A stretch of DNA of 38,028 nt from assembly GCA_964536585.1 (NCBI GenBank), contig CAZHXO010000001.1, forward strand, positions 1 to 38,028, read 5' to 3'. The notes under the pieces were generated by a model. It was not told the origin of the DNA, searched no databases, and saw only the letters and a list, made by a program, of their open reading frames with translations. Of this stretch, positions 16,072-24,621 are shown in pieces (within the stretch, counting starts at the first letter, position 1; every line of letters begins with the position of its first letter). The translations under genes were made by a program, and so were the position numbers. The stretch comes from an uncultured Gammaproteobacteria bacterium. Lineage in GTDB: Bacteria > Patescibacteriota > Microgenomatia > UBA12405 > JAHJSD01.

Positions 16072-17195
16072 AAAAAATTAAATATTTTTTAGCCGGATTA
16101 GGGGTTGGCTTAATAACCATTACTGCTTTGTTAGTAGGAGGAGCCTTAAGTCGATTAGGCTATCTGTCTTTTTTGGACCAGTTAATTGCTCCCTCTGATC
16201 AAAGAACAACCAAATATATTGAAAAAAAGGTTTTAAAAGAAGAGTCAGTAGTTATTGAAGTGGCAGAACAGACTTCTTCTTCAGTAGTAACGGTTTCTAT
16301 TTCCAAAACTGAACAAATACCGTTATTTGGATTTTTTGGCTTGAGAACTGAAGAGAGGCAAATTGAACAAAACATTGGGAGTGGATTTGTGGTTGAGAAA
16401 GGTTTAGTGGTAACCAATAAACACGTTGTTTCTGATCAAGCAGCAGACTACCGGGTTTTAACTAAAGAAGATCAAGTATATGAAGTAAAAGATATTTACC
16501 GGGATCCAGTAAATGATCTAGCAATATTAAAAGTTGATGCGGATATTGAACCCCTAACCTTAGGTGACTCTGATCAATTGAAAGTTGGTCAGTTGGCAAT
16601 TGCAATTGGAACAGCTTTGGGTGAATATCGACATACAGTTACTACGGGAGTAATTTCCGGGTTGGGCCGGGGCGTGACTGCCGGCTCCCCCTTACAGGGT
16701 TATATCGAGGAACTGGATAATGTTATTCAAACTGATGCCGCAATTAATCCGGGTAATTCCGGCGGTCCGTTACTTAATTCGGCTGGTCAAGTAGTTGGGG
16801 TTAACGTTGCTGTTGCCGGAGGAGCAGAAAATATTGGTTTTGCTTTACCGATCAATGTTGTTAAAGAAAGCCTGCGAAATTTTGAAGAAACGGGTGAATT
16901 TGACCGACCCTTTTTGGGTGTTGAATATCAAGTGATATCTGAGAAATCGGCTCTTTTGAACGAAGTTCCTCAGGGGGCGTATATTAGGGGAGTGGTTTCT
17001 GGCTCAAGTGCTGATCGAGCCGGTTTACAAGAGGGCGATATTATCACTCATCTGGATGGTCAAAGAATAACTGAACAAGGTAAAAGTATTGCTGAAATTA
17101 TTAACCAGAAAAGAGTAGGGGAGCAGATAGAGATTGAATACTGGCGCGATGGGAAGACTAAGAAAGTTACCGCTAGATTGGGTCAAAGAGAATAG
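16068..17195 (+). CDS. htrA: HtrA/DegP-family serine protease (S1C) with one PDZ domain
   Basis: Catalytic context TNKHVV, NDLAILKV, TDAAINPGNSGGPLLN. C-terminal PDZ ADRAGLQEGDIITHLDG. ATGA overlap with ctpA. Confidence 0.9.
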   Translation: MKKIKYFLAGLGVGLITITALLVGGALSRLGYLSFLDQLIAPSDQRTTKYIEKKVLKEESVVIEVAEQTSSSVVTVSISKTEQIPLFGFFGLRTEERQIEQNIGSGFVVEKGLVVTNKHVVSDQAADYRVLTKEDQVYEVKDIYRDPVNDLAILKVDADIEPLTLGDSDQLKVGQLAIAIGTALGEYRHTVTTGVISGLGRGVTAGSPLQGYIEELDNVIQTDAAINPGNSGGPLLNSAGQVVGVNVAVAGGAENIGFALPINVVKESLRNFEETGEFDRPFLGVEYQVISEKSALLNEVPQGAYIRGVVSGSSADRAGLQEGDIITHLDGQRITEQGKSIAEIINQKRVGEQIEIEYWRDGKTKKVTARLGQRE

Positions 17196-17214
17196 TATGT
17201 TATAATAGACAGCG

Positions 17215-17451
17215 ATGAAACAAGGAATACATCCAAAGTATTATCATCAAACAAAAGTAGTTTGCTCTTGTGGTAATACTTTTACAACTGGTTCAACTAA
17301 AAAGAAAATAGAAGTTGAGATTTGTGCGGCCTGCCATCCTTTTTATACTGGAAAAACTAAATATATTGATACCGAAGGAAGAATTGAAAAGTTTGAGCGC
17401 AAAAGAAAAGCAGCTGAGAAAAAAGACAAGAAGACTTCGAAAAAAAAATAA
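17215..17451 (+). CDS. rpmE: 50S ribosomal protein L31
   Basis: [10 protein letters not shown]...CSCGNTF...[11 protein letters not shown]. Confidence 0.9.
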   Translation: MKQGIHPKYYHQTKVVCSCGNTFTTGSTKKKIEVEICAACHPFYTGKTKYIDTEGRIEKFERKRKAAEKKDKKTSKKK

Positions 17452-17453
17452 CT

Positions 17454-18134
17454 ATGAAGATTAACCCTCATGTCGCCATTGTTGAGATACAGCCCGGGGC
17501 TGGTGGAACAGAAGCCAAAATTTGGACGAAGGATTTGTTTCGGATGTATTTAAGATATGCTGAGAATAAAGGCTGGAAGGCAGCTAAAATTGATGAATCT
17601 AAGCTTAAAATAGTTGGCAAAAGAGCCTTTAAGGGGTTAAAGGGCGAGACAGGAACTCACCGCGTCCAACGGGTGCCGAAAACTGAAAAACATGGGCGAA
17701 TCCACACCTCAACAGCAGTAGTCATTGTTATGCCAAAAGTTATTGTTAAACAAGGTGAAATAAAAGAAGAAGATTTGGAGTGGGAATTTTTCCGTTCCGG
17801 AGGAGCCGGTGGTCAAAATGTCAACAAAGTTTCTACTGCCGTTCGGTTAAGACATAAACCAACTGGGATTACGGTTGAATGTCAGCAAGAAAGAAGCCAG
17901 CAAAAAAATAGGATGATCGCTCTACAGCTGTTAGCAAGTAAAATGTGGGAGAGGAGACAAGCAAAGAAAAAGGGTTATATTGGTAATATTAGGCAGAAAG
18001 CCGGAAGTGGTAGAAGGTCAGATAAAATTAGGACTTACAACTTTCAACAAAATCGAGTAACTGACCACCGAACCAATAAAAAAACAAGGCAATTAGAAGA
18101 AGTTTTAGACGGCAATTTGGATTTAATTAAGTAA
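17454..18134 (+). CDS. prfA: class I peptide chain release factor, RF1-like, lacking N-terminal domain 1 (226 aa)
   Basis: Starts at [12 protein letters not shown] (start of domain 2). [18 protein letters not shown] carries a PxT-type tripeptide. [13 protein letters not shown] carries [13 protein letters not shown] is present. Only 2 nt separate it from the rpmE stop. Confidence 0.8.
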   Translation: MKINPHVAIVEIQPGAGGTEAKIWTKDLFRMYLRYAENKGWKAAKIDESKLKIVGKRAFKGLKGETGTHRVQRVPKTEKHGRIHTSTAVVIVMPKVIVKQGEIKEEDLEWEFFRSGGAGGQNVNKVSTAVRLRHKPTGITVECQQERSQQKNRMIALQLLASKMWERRQAKKKGYIGNIRQKAGSGRRSDKIRTYNFQQNRVTDHRTNKKTRQLEEVLDGNLDLIK

Positions 18135-18137
18135 ACA

Positions 18138-18171
18138 CAAATTTAACTCAGCGATCGCCGAACTAAATTTT
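18138..18171. repeat. 34-bp CGATCG-centred imperfect palindrome, family A copy 1
   Basis: caaatttaactcag-CGATCG-ccgaactaaatttt, identical to 18874-18907. It overlaps the stop codon of CDS 18163-18840 and follows the prfA stop by 3 nt. A T-run follows on the + strand. Confidence 0.9.
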
Positions 18172-18840
18172 TAATTTTTTCTGGGCGAAAAGCTTGAAAA
18201 TTGTTTTTAATGGCCAGGTTGACGGGAGTAAATCTAAAGGAACTTTTGGATGTTGGGAAACTAAATCCCAGAATTGAAGTTGTAATTCTTCAGATAGTTT
18301 CCTTTCTTTTTTAAGTTTTTGCTTCCAGCTATTTGCTTTATTTTTCCATTGATGAACTTCCCATTTTTCCTCGATAATTTTCCGGGGATCACAACGTAAT
18401 ATTTTACCCTCAATAACACCTAGGTAATTAGTATCATCAATTTGTTTATCCAGTTGTCTAATTTTGTCAGTTAAGGGAAGAGGGGAGAACCAAACCGAGC
18501 GTTGAAAGAATTTAAAATCCCATTCTTTTAGTCGCCGTCGAATTAAATCCCGGGCAGTTTTATTTTTTTGCGGGATATCGAAAACCACGAATCGCCATTT
18601 TTTATCCCAAGGCTTTTTTATTAATTTCAAAATTGACTCAGGTTTTTGTTTAAAGGTTAAATCGGGATTCAAAACACCCTTTTTAATGAAATAGTTTTTT
18701 GTGCTTCTTACTCCTGCGCACAACCAATCGTCAAGGGTTGGTATTTTTCTTGTATCGGTATGAAAGTAATCGTAAAACAAAATCATTAAGTCTTCAGCAG
18801 TTCTAAGGGTTTGAAGTAATTTTGACTTTCTTTTTTGCAC
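18163..18840 (-). CDS. PaaX-like protein with Cas2-like central domain (paralog 1)
   Basis: KKWRFVVFDIPQKNKTARDLIRRRLKEWDFKFFQRSVWFSPLP is the PaaX-middle/Cas2-like motif. It is homologous along its length to CDS 29744-30409. The ORF is open to a TTG at 18876, but alignment with the paralog and the promoter layout favour the GTG at 18838-18840. Confidence 0.7.
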   Translation of the reverse strand: MQKRKSKLLQTLRTAEDLMILFYDYFHTDTRKIPTLDDWLCAGVRSTKNYFIKKGVLNPDLTFKQKPESILKLIKKPWDKKWRFVVFDIPQKNKTARDLIRRRLKEWDFKFFQRSVWFSPLPLTDKIRQLDKQIDDTNYLGVIEGKILRCDPRKIIEEKWEVHQWKNKANSWKQKLKKERKLSEELQLQFWDLVSQHPKVPLDLLPSTWPLKTIFKLFAQKKLKI

Positions 18841-18846
18841 ACTTAA

Positions 18847-18876
18847 TTTATACCCCTTTTTAAGAGTGAAAGTCAA
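18847..18876 (-). promoter_or_regulatory. promoter of PaaX-like paralog 1, abutting the upstream palindrome
   Basis: On the minus strand: TTGACT (18876-18871), 18-nt spacer, TATAAA (18852-18847), 6 nt, GTG. The -35 box overlaps the end of repeat A2 by 3 nt. Confidence 0.5.
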
Positions 18877-18907
18877 ATTTAACTCAGCGATCGCCGAACT
18901 AAATTTT
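18874..18907. repeat. 34-bp CGATCG-centred imperfect palindrome, family A copy 2
   Basis: Identical to 18138-18171. It lies between the hisS stop (18913) and the promoter of the PaaX-like gene. Confidence 0.9.
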
Positions 18908-18912
18908 AAAAA

Positions 18913-20175
18913 TTAGGTTAATTTTGTTATGGTCTCTTTTAAGGAGAGAGTGTTTTGTTTTCCACTGCGCATATTTTTGAGAGTAATGCTTTTATTCTTT
19001 ATTTCTTCCGGTCCGATAATTACAACGTAGGAAATACTTTTCTTATTAGCATAGTCTAGCTGGTCGCTTAAGTTGTCTTCAGGGTTGAGGTATAATTCTG
19101 TGTTGATTCCTGCTTGGCGCAGCTTCTGAGCAGTTTTAAGCGCCTCTGTCTGCATTTCTGGGGAAAAGATAGTCACTAAGACTTCAGTTGGGTTGGTTTT
19201 TAGTTTGGGCAATTTTTTCTTTTCTCTAAGGAGTTCGTAAAGAGGTATATCGCCGATGGCAAATCCAACCCCAGGGATTTTTTTCTTTCCGCCAACTTGT
19301 TGAGTCAAGTTGTCATAACGCCCGCCGCCGAAAAGCGCTCGATTTATTGAAGAGTTAATGCTCCAAGCTTCAAAAACGGTTTTGGTGTAATACTGGAATC
19401 CTCTAACCAGACTTTTATTAACAACAATATAGTCTTCAAGTGAATATTCTTTAATTTTTGCCATAATTTTATTTAACCAAGGGGAAAAGTTTTTGTTATC
19501 GTCTTCTAAAGCCAAAATTAGTTTGTTTACCTCATCTGTTTTAAGACCTTCGTCTTTTAACCAGGCTAGCCATTCTTTTTTCGGCATTTTATCCAGTTTG
19601 TCAATGTACTTAAAAAGTTTTCTTGCTTCTTCTCTAGAAATATTTAAGTTTTGTGAAATGATATTTTCTAATGCTTGGCGGTCATTAAGTTTGATTTGAA
19701 CCTCTTTTGGTGTTAGGCCAAGTTTTTTTAAAGATAAACAGGCAAGTGCAATAATTTCGCTCTCTGCTTCAACTTCTTCTGATCCGAGTAAATCAATATT
19801 CCATTGAAAAAAAGAGCGCCCTCGCCCTTTCTGGGGTTGCTCATAGCGAAAAAAACGTCCCCAAGATTGCCATCTAGCTGGAAGTTTTATCCTAAACTGT
19901 TTTTGAGCAATCATCCGGGCTAGAGTAGGGGTTAGTTCCGGTCGCAAGACGTAGTTTTTATCTTTATCTGTAAACCTAAAAGTTTGTTCTTCAACTATTT
20001 CCTGACTAGTTTTAGACAAATACAAATCAATTGGTTCCATTAAAGGGCCTTCATACTCTTGATAACCAAAAGACTTACCAAGTTCAATCCAGTTGTTCTT
20101 AAGCCAATTTTGGAATGCCCATTCTTCGGGGTAAAAATCCCTAAACCCCTTAATTGGCTTGAGCATATTAGTCAT
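18913..20175 (-). CDS. hisS: histidine--tRNA ligase
   Basis: PIKGFRDFYPEE, LRPELTPTLARM, RYEQPQKGRGRSFFQWNIDLLG and GGGRYDNL motifs, with a C-terminal anticodon-binding domain. Confidence 0.9.
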   Translation of the reverse strand: MTNMLKPIKGFRDFYPEEWAFQNWLKNNWIELGKSFGYQEYEGPLMEPIDLYLSKTSQEIVEEQTFRFTDKDKNYVLRPELTPTLARMIAQKQFRIKLPARWQSWGRFFRYEQPQKGRGRSFFQWNIDLLGSEEVEAESEIIALACLSLKKLGLTPKEVQIKLNDRQALENIISQNLNISREEARKLFKYIDKLDKMPKKEWLAWLKDEGLKTDEVNKLILALEDDNKNFSPWLNKIMAKIKEYSLEDYIVVNKSLVRGFQYYTKTVFEAWSINSSINRALFGGGRYDNLTQQVGGKKKIPGVGFAIGDIPLYELLREKKKLPKLKTNPTEVLVTIFSPEMQTEALKTAQKLRQAGINTELYLNPEDNLSDQLDYANKKSISYVVIIGPEEIKNKSITLKNMRSGKQNTLSLKETITKLT

Positions 20176-20197
20176 GGTTTTATTTTAACACATTAGT

Positions 20198-20905
20198 TTA
20201 TTCTGTTTCTGCCTCGGTTGGGCTTGGAGATTCTCGGGGAGTGATTACGAGGATTTCTATTGCATTAAAACTGTTAGTTTCGCCGTCTGCCGGTTCAATA
20301 ACAGCAATGATTTCCTGGTCGGTAGTTAAGTTTTGGTAGTCAATTTCTTCAATGTCAGATTCAGTCCTTTGGTTAATTTCCGTATCAGAATCAAAAATTA
20401 ATTCATATTCTTGTTCTGAGTTTTGAATTAAAATAATTTCTTCGCCGTTGGCTTTATTTACTATTTTGCCGTGGACAGAAGTCTTCTTTCTTGGCTGATA
20501 TGCTTCGCTGACGACAATGCGGCGGGCATTTAAGGTGTTATCAATTTTCTCGTAACCCATGGCTAGAACGTATTGTTCTTCTTCCAAGTCTTCAAAGCTT
20601 ATTTCTTCTCGGTTTTGATTAATAATTTTTATTTCCTCGTTTAAAGTTACTGTTCGGCTTTGTTCTCCTTGAGAAATTTCAAAATTAGTATTGTTGACAG
20701 ATGTGATTGTCCCGGCCCAACCTTTTTTTTGGTCCTCGGTAACAATGCTTTCTATTTTTTCTTGAACCTTTTCCTGAACCTTGTCTCTAACACCCTGTAT
20801 TTTTTCATTAGGAGTTGGGCTGGGGGAAGTTTGGGCTTTAATTTTAAGGCTAATAAGAAAACTGCTCATTATAAGTGTAGTTAGTAAAATGATTATTTTT
20901 TTCAT
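20198..20905 (-). CDS. secreted hypothetical protein (signal peptide, repeated beta-rich modules)
   Basis: N-terminal signal peptide MKKIIILLTTLIMSSFLISLKIKA, SPSPTP at both ends, no catalytic motif recognised. Confidence 0.5.
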   Translation of the reverse strand: MKKIIILLTTLIMSSFLISLKIKAQTSPSPTPNEKIQGVRDKVQEKVQEKIESIVTEDQKKGWAGTITSVNNTNFEISQGEQSRTVTLNEEIKIINQNREEISFEDLEEEQYVLAMGYEKIDNTLNARRIVVSEAYQPRKKTSVHGKIVNKANGEEIILIQNSEQEYELIFDSDTEINQRTESDIEEIDYQNLTTDQEIIAVIEPADGETNSFNAIEILVITPRESPSPTEAETE

Positions 20906-20913
20906 GGGAGAAT

Positions 20914-21366
20914 TTAAAAATCAGCAGTTGAATAAGTAACCGTTAATGTCTGACTGGTTTTAGTTCCGTCATCAGCATAAGCACTGACATCAATTCTGTT
21001 TTCTCCACCGATCAAGGTAATTTCAGTTTCAAATTCCCCTTGGTCATTAGCAACTAAAATCTCTTCCCCCTCTTCCCAAATAATAACCACAGTCGCGTTG
21101 GCAAGAGTTTCACCGCTTAGGGTTAAATTTTCCTCCGGGTGTACAATTTCATTATTCGGTTGGGTTATGTTTAATGGAATTTCTTCAATTTTTTCATCCG
21201 TAGACTCTGGGGCAGGGCTCGGAGTTTCAAGTTGGGATTTCTGGCTTTGCCGCCTTAAAGAACTAAGATCTAAGGAGCCGGATTGAGTTCTTGACCAAAA
21301 TACTGCTGCTATTCCAAAACCAAACACTAAGCCTATAAAGATTGCAATTACTAATTCTTTTCTCAT
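20914..21366 (-). CDS. membrane-anchored protein with bacterial Ig-like domain
   Basis: N-terminal TM. LTLSGETLANATVVIIWEEGEEILVANDQGEFETEITLIGGENRIDVSA is a typical Ig-like (BIg) pattern. Confidence 0.55.
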   Translation of the reverse strand: MRKELVIAIFIGLVFGFGIAAVFWSRTQSGSLDLSSLRRQSQKSQLETPSPAPESTDEKIEEIPLNITQPNNEIVHPEENLTLSGETLANATVVIIWEEGEEILVANDQGEFETEITLIGGENRIDVSAYADDGTKTSQTLTVTYSTADF

Positions 21367-21515
21367 TAATCTTATGATATAGAACCCGGTTAACCTCTGT
21401 CAATAATGAATTTGAGTCTGAGTATAACATTTGCTCCTTTAATAATTAACAAGTGACAAAAAAATAATAATTTTTAACTTGTTTTAAAATAGGTCGAGTG
21501 TTATTATTAAATGTA

Positions 21516-22097
21516 ATGTTAATCGCTAAATATCACGGTGGTAATTGTTTCCGGCTTAGGGAAGGGGACTCTTTTTTATTGTTAGGAAATCCTAATAATA
21601 AGGCAAAAGCCGACATCGTTATCCCTAATTATGACGAAAAAATTAAAAAAAATAAGGTTGAGCCCATAAAAAGGGATGAAGTTTTTTGGACTCCCGGCCC
21701 TGGGGAGTTTGAGGTCCGCGGAGTGGAGTTGGAAAGCGTTGGAGATGGATACTGGACAATTATTTTTGACGGTTGGCGGGTAGTTTGGGCAATGGATGAT
21801 TGGCAGGTGCCTGATAAAAAAAAGGTTGAGAAATTAGGCCAAGCTGATGTTATTTTTTTAGTTTTAAATAAAAATAAAAAGAGAGCTGAAGAAGCTTCAG
21901 AATTAGTTAAACGGACCTCTCCTTATGTTATTGTCCCGGGAATAAATTGGGATGATTATCAAGAGTTGGGCGAGGGTTGGGCAAATAAATTTTTAGACGA
22001 GATGGATCGGGAAGATTTAAAGCCTGTTGATAAACTTAAATTAAAACGTAGCGATATTAATGAAGAAGCTACAGAAATACACCTGCTAACCGCATAA
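21516..22097 (+). CDS. hypothetical protein, possibly a degenerate metallo-beta-lactamase-fold protein
   Basis: MLIAKYHGGNCFRLREGDSFLLLGNP...KADIVIPNYDE resembles the N-terminus of UPF0173-type MBL-fold proteins but lacks the HxHxDH histidines. I chose the ATG at 21516 over the GTG at 21498. Confidence 0.4.
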   Translation: MLIAKYHGGNCFRLREGDSFLLLGNPNNKAKADIVIPNYDEKIKKNKVEPIKRDEVFWTPGPGEFEVRGVELESVGDGYWTIIFDGWRVVWAMDDWQVPDKKKVEKLGQADVIFLVLNKNKKRAEEASELVKRTSPYVIVPGINWDDYQELGEGWANKFLDEMDREDLKPVDKLKLKRSDINEEATEIHLLTA

Positions 22098-22098
22098 T

Positions 22099-23421
22099 AT
22101 GGCCCAGACAAGTTCTAAACGAGATTTAAAAATCCCGCCCCACTCAAAAGAAGCCGAACTTTCAGTGCTCGGTTCGGTTTTAATTGACAAAGATGCAATT
22201 GTTGACATTGCTGATATTTTGTTCCCAGACTGTTTTTATGAAAGCGGGCATTCTGAGATTTTTGAAGCCGCCATAGAGCTGTTTGAAGAACGAGTGCCGA
22301 TAGATTTGGTAACTATGGCTGAACGGTTAAAACAGAAAAAGGTATTAGGAAAGATTGGCGGTCGAGCTTATTTGACTGAATTGGCTAATTCTGTTCCCAC
22401 TTCAGCTCATGCCCTTTCTTATGCCAAAATAGTTAAAGATTTATATACTAAACGCCAACTTATTTCTGCTTCTAACCAGATTAGCCAAGCTGCCTTTGAT
22501 GAGGGAAAAGAAGTGAGTGAAATTTTAAATTTGGCAGAAAGCAAAATTTTTCAGTTGAGTCAAGGACATCTGAGGAATAAACCAACTTCTTTAAGAGAGG
22601 CATTGGCAGAAAGCTTTGACCGTTTGGATGAGTTGCAAAAGAGCTCAGATGGCTTGCGTGGCGTTCCTAGTGGATTTAAAGATTTAGATGATTATTTAGC
22701 TGGTTTTCAAGAGAGTAATTTAATTATTTTAGCTGCTCGGCCCGGAGTTGGTAAAACGGCTTTAGCCTTAAATATTGCCCGAAATGTTGCAGTTGAAGAA
22801 AATATGCCGGTTTGCTTTTTCTCTTTAGAAATGAGTAAGGAAGAGTTGGTTGATCGTTTATTGGTTCGACAAGCAAACATTGATTCTTGGAAAATGAAGA
22901 CCGGCCGCTTAGAAGATAAAGATTTGTCTCAGTTGTCAGAAGCAATGGGAGTATTAGCCGAGGCACCGCTTTTTATTGATGACACTCCTGCAATGTCGAT
23001 GATGGAAATGAGAACTAAAGCGCGTCGCTTGCAAATAGAGCAGGGATTAAAGCTAGTTATTGTCGATTATTTGCAGTTAATGCGGCCGTCTCGTCGTTGG
23101 GATAGCCGAGTGCAGGAAGTGTCAGATATTTCTCAAGGACTTAAAAATTTATCCCGGGAACTGAAAGTGCCGCTTTTATCTCTTTCTCAGCTTTCTCGGG
23201 CAGTTGAAAAACGAGGCGGGTCGCGGCCGAAACTGGCTGACTTAAGAGAGAGTGGCAGTATTGAGCAAGATTCGGATGTAGTTGCTTTTTTATATCGTGA
23301 TGACGAAGAGAATAGGGAACTGGTTAATTGTGAGATCGCTAAACACCGTAATGGTCCGGTTGGCGGGTTTGAGCTTTATTTTAATCCTCAAAAGATTAGC
23401 TTTTTTGGAGTTTCAGAATAG
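22099..23421 (+). CDS. dnaB: replicative DNA helicase
   Basis: PHSKEAELSVLGSVL, GVPSGFKDLD, Walker A ARPGVGKTALALNIA, IVDYLQLM, SQLSRAVE, LRESGSIEQDSD. Confidence 0.92.
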   Translation: MAQTSSKRDLKIPPHSKEAELSVLGSVLIDKDAIVDIADILFPDCFYESGHSEIFEAAIELFEERVPIDLVTMAERLKQKKVLGKIGGRAYLTELANSVPTSAHALSYAKIVKDLYTKRQLISASNQISQAAFDEGKEVSEILNLAESKIFQLSQGHLRNKPTSLREALAESFDRLDELQKSSDGLRGVPSGFKDLDDYLAGFQESNLIILAARPGVGKTALALNIARNVAVEENMPVCFFSLEMSKEELVDRLLVRQANIDSWKMKTGRLEDKDLSQLSEAMGVLAEAPLFIDDTPAMSMMEMRTKARRLQIEQGLKLVIVDYLQLMRPSRRWDSRVQEVSDISQGLKNLSRELKVPLLSLSQLSRAVEKRGGSRPKLADLRESGSIEQDSDVVAFLYRDDEENRELVNCEIAKHRNGPVGGFELYFNPQKISFFGVSE

Positions 23422-23438
23422 TTTCCAAGAATTATTCG

Positions 23439-23526
23439 TGGTGCCGCGGGACGGATTTGAACCGTCACGGTGTAAAACACCACTGGTTTTTGAGACCAGC
23501 CTGTCTGCCAATTTCAGCACCGCGGC
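23439..23526 (-). tRNA. tRNA-Leu (anticodon CAA), type II with long variable arm, CCA encoded
   Basis: The minus-strand sequence GCCGCGGTGCTGAAATTGGCAGACAGGCTGGTCTCAAAAACCAGTGGTGTTTTACACCGTGACGGTTCAAATCCGTCCCGCGGCACCA has a 7-bp acceptor stem GCCGCGG/CCGCGGC, anticodon stem CTGGT/ACCAG with loop CTCAAAA, a GGTTCAAATCC T-arm and a long variable arm. Confidence 0.88.
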
Positions 23527-23620
23527 TATTACCTTAGTATATAATATTTATTCCTTATAATCCACAATCTAATCTCTATAATTTAGCCACCCTTCTTAGG
23601 TTTGCGGTTTATGGTAAGAT

Positions 23621-24202
23621 ATGGCAATGCAGGAAGCGTTTCCTTTAATTCAAACAATCTTGAAACCAGTAGGATTATTCTATTTTTTGTTCGTCGCTTT
23701 TGGGCGATTAAAAGAAGATTATCCTCAACAGGAAGTAGTTAAGATGAGTTTACTTTCACTGGTTTTATCAGGTTTTTTTCTTTATTTAGTTTCCCGGGTT
23801 TCTTTAGAGTTGTCTTTTTCGGCTGTTTTGCTTGGTTTGATTTTAGTAGTTTATTTTTTTACTCGGCAAAAAAATTGGCGATTTTGGGCGGTGATGGAAC
23901 ATTTAACGGTTCCTGGGCTGATTACTTGGCTAATTGTTTCTTTTGGGGATTGGTATCAAATGAGTGCAGCACTGGTGGTGCTTTTTTCCAATTTATACTG
24001 GCAAAACTATCGTTGTTTTTCTTGGTATCCGAGTGGCAAAATAGGCTTTTTGTTTTTAATTGACTTGGTTTTGTTTTCAGTAATTCGGATTGGACTTGAT
24101 TTTTGGCAAAACAGGTTGATAGAATTAGCCAGTTGGGTTGTTGTTTTCTGGTTAACTATCGCTGGAATTATTTTTAGAGCAGGAAAAGCTACAGAAACTT
24201 AA
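23621..24202 (+). CDS. hypothetical integral membrane protein
   Basis: About 6 hydrophobic segments, no recognised motif. Confidence 0.5.
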   Translation: MAMQEAFPLIQTILKPVGLFYFLFVAFGRLKEDYPQQEVVKMSLLSLVLSGFFLYLVSRVSLELSFSAVLLGLILVVYFFTRQKNWRFWAVMEHLTVPGLITWLIVSFGDWYQMSAALVVLFSNLYWQNYRCFSWYPSGKIGFLFLIDLVLFSVIRIGLDFWQNRLIELASWVVVFWLTIAGIIFRAGKATET

Positions 24203-24222
24203 TTTTTATTAGAAAGGATAAA

Positions 24223-24621
24223 ATGGCTGAAGTAGAAGATAGACAAAGTAACGGCTTTAAATTTCCGCAAGATGTTCTGGAGCCGGTCAAGGATTTTTTG
24301 ACGGCAGAATTAAATAAATTGAAAAAGCGACAAGAAGTTGTGGACGAGGAAGACCCTTTTGCAAATGAAGACCGGGTCAATGATAATGCTGCTTTGGATA
24401 TTGAGGTTGATGAGCAGTTTGGTCATGCTCGGGCAAGAGCAGTATCCGATCAGCTGAATAAACGGATTATTCAGATAAAAAAAGCTTTAGCGCGGATTAA
24501 AATTGGTCAGTATGGTATTTGTGAAGAATGCGGTAAATTTATTAATACTAAACGTTTGATGGTTCACCCTGAGACTACTGTCTGTGTTAAGTGTCGCGAA
24601 AAACAAAAGGATAAAAAATAA
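24223..24621 (+). CDS. DksA/TraR-family C4 zinc-finger protein
   Basis: C-terminal CEECGKFINTKRL...TTVCVKC four-Cys finger after a coiled-coil region. Confidence 0.75.
   Translation: MAEVEDRQSNGFKFPQDVLEPVKDFLTAELNKLKKRQEVVDEEDPFANEDRVNDNAALDIEVDEQFGHARARAVSDQLNKRIIQIKKALARIKIGQYGICEECGKFINTKRLMVHPETTVCVKCREKQKDKK

Noticed and set aside
18150-18159. GCGATCGC is the cyanobacterial HIP1 highly iterated palindrome.
   Set aside because: Only the two family-A copies carry the full octamer. Gene content and composition are not cyanobacterial. The other palindromes share only the inner CGATCG.
23282-23560. 92-aa ORF spanning the dnaB 3' end and the tRNA region.
   Set aside because: It overlaps the dnaB coding frame and runs through the tRNA-Leu gene on the opposite strand, so it is an artefact.
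23569-23577. TAATCCACA (8/9 DnaA box) in the spacer between tRNA-Leu and the membrane protein gene, close to dnaB.
   Set aside because: A single isolated box in a 94-bp spacer is not evidence for an origin or for DnaA regulation.
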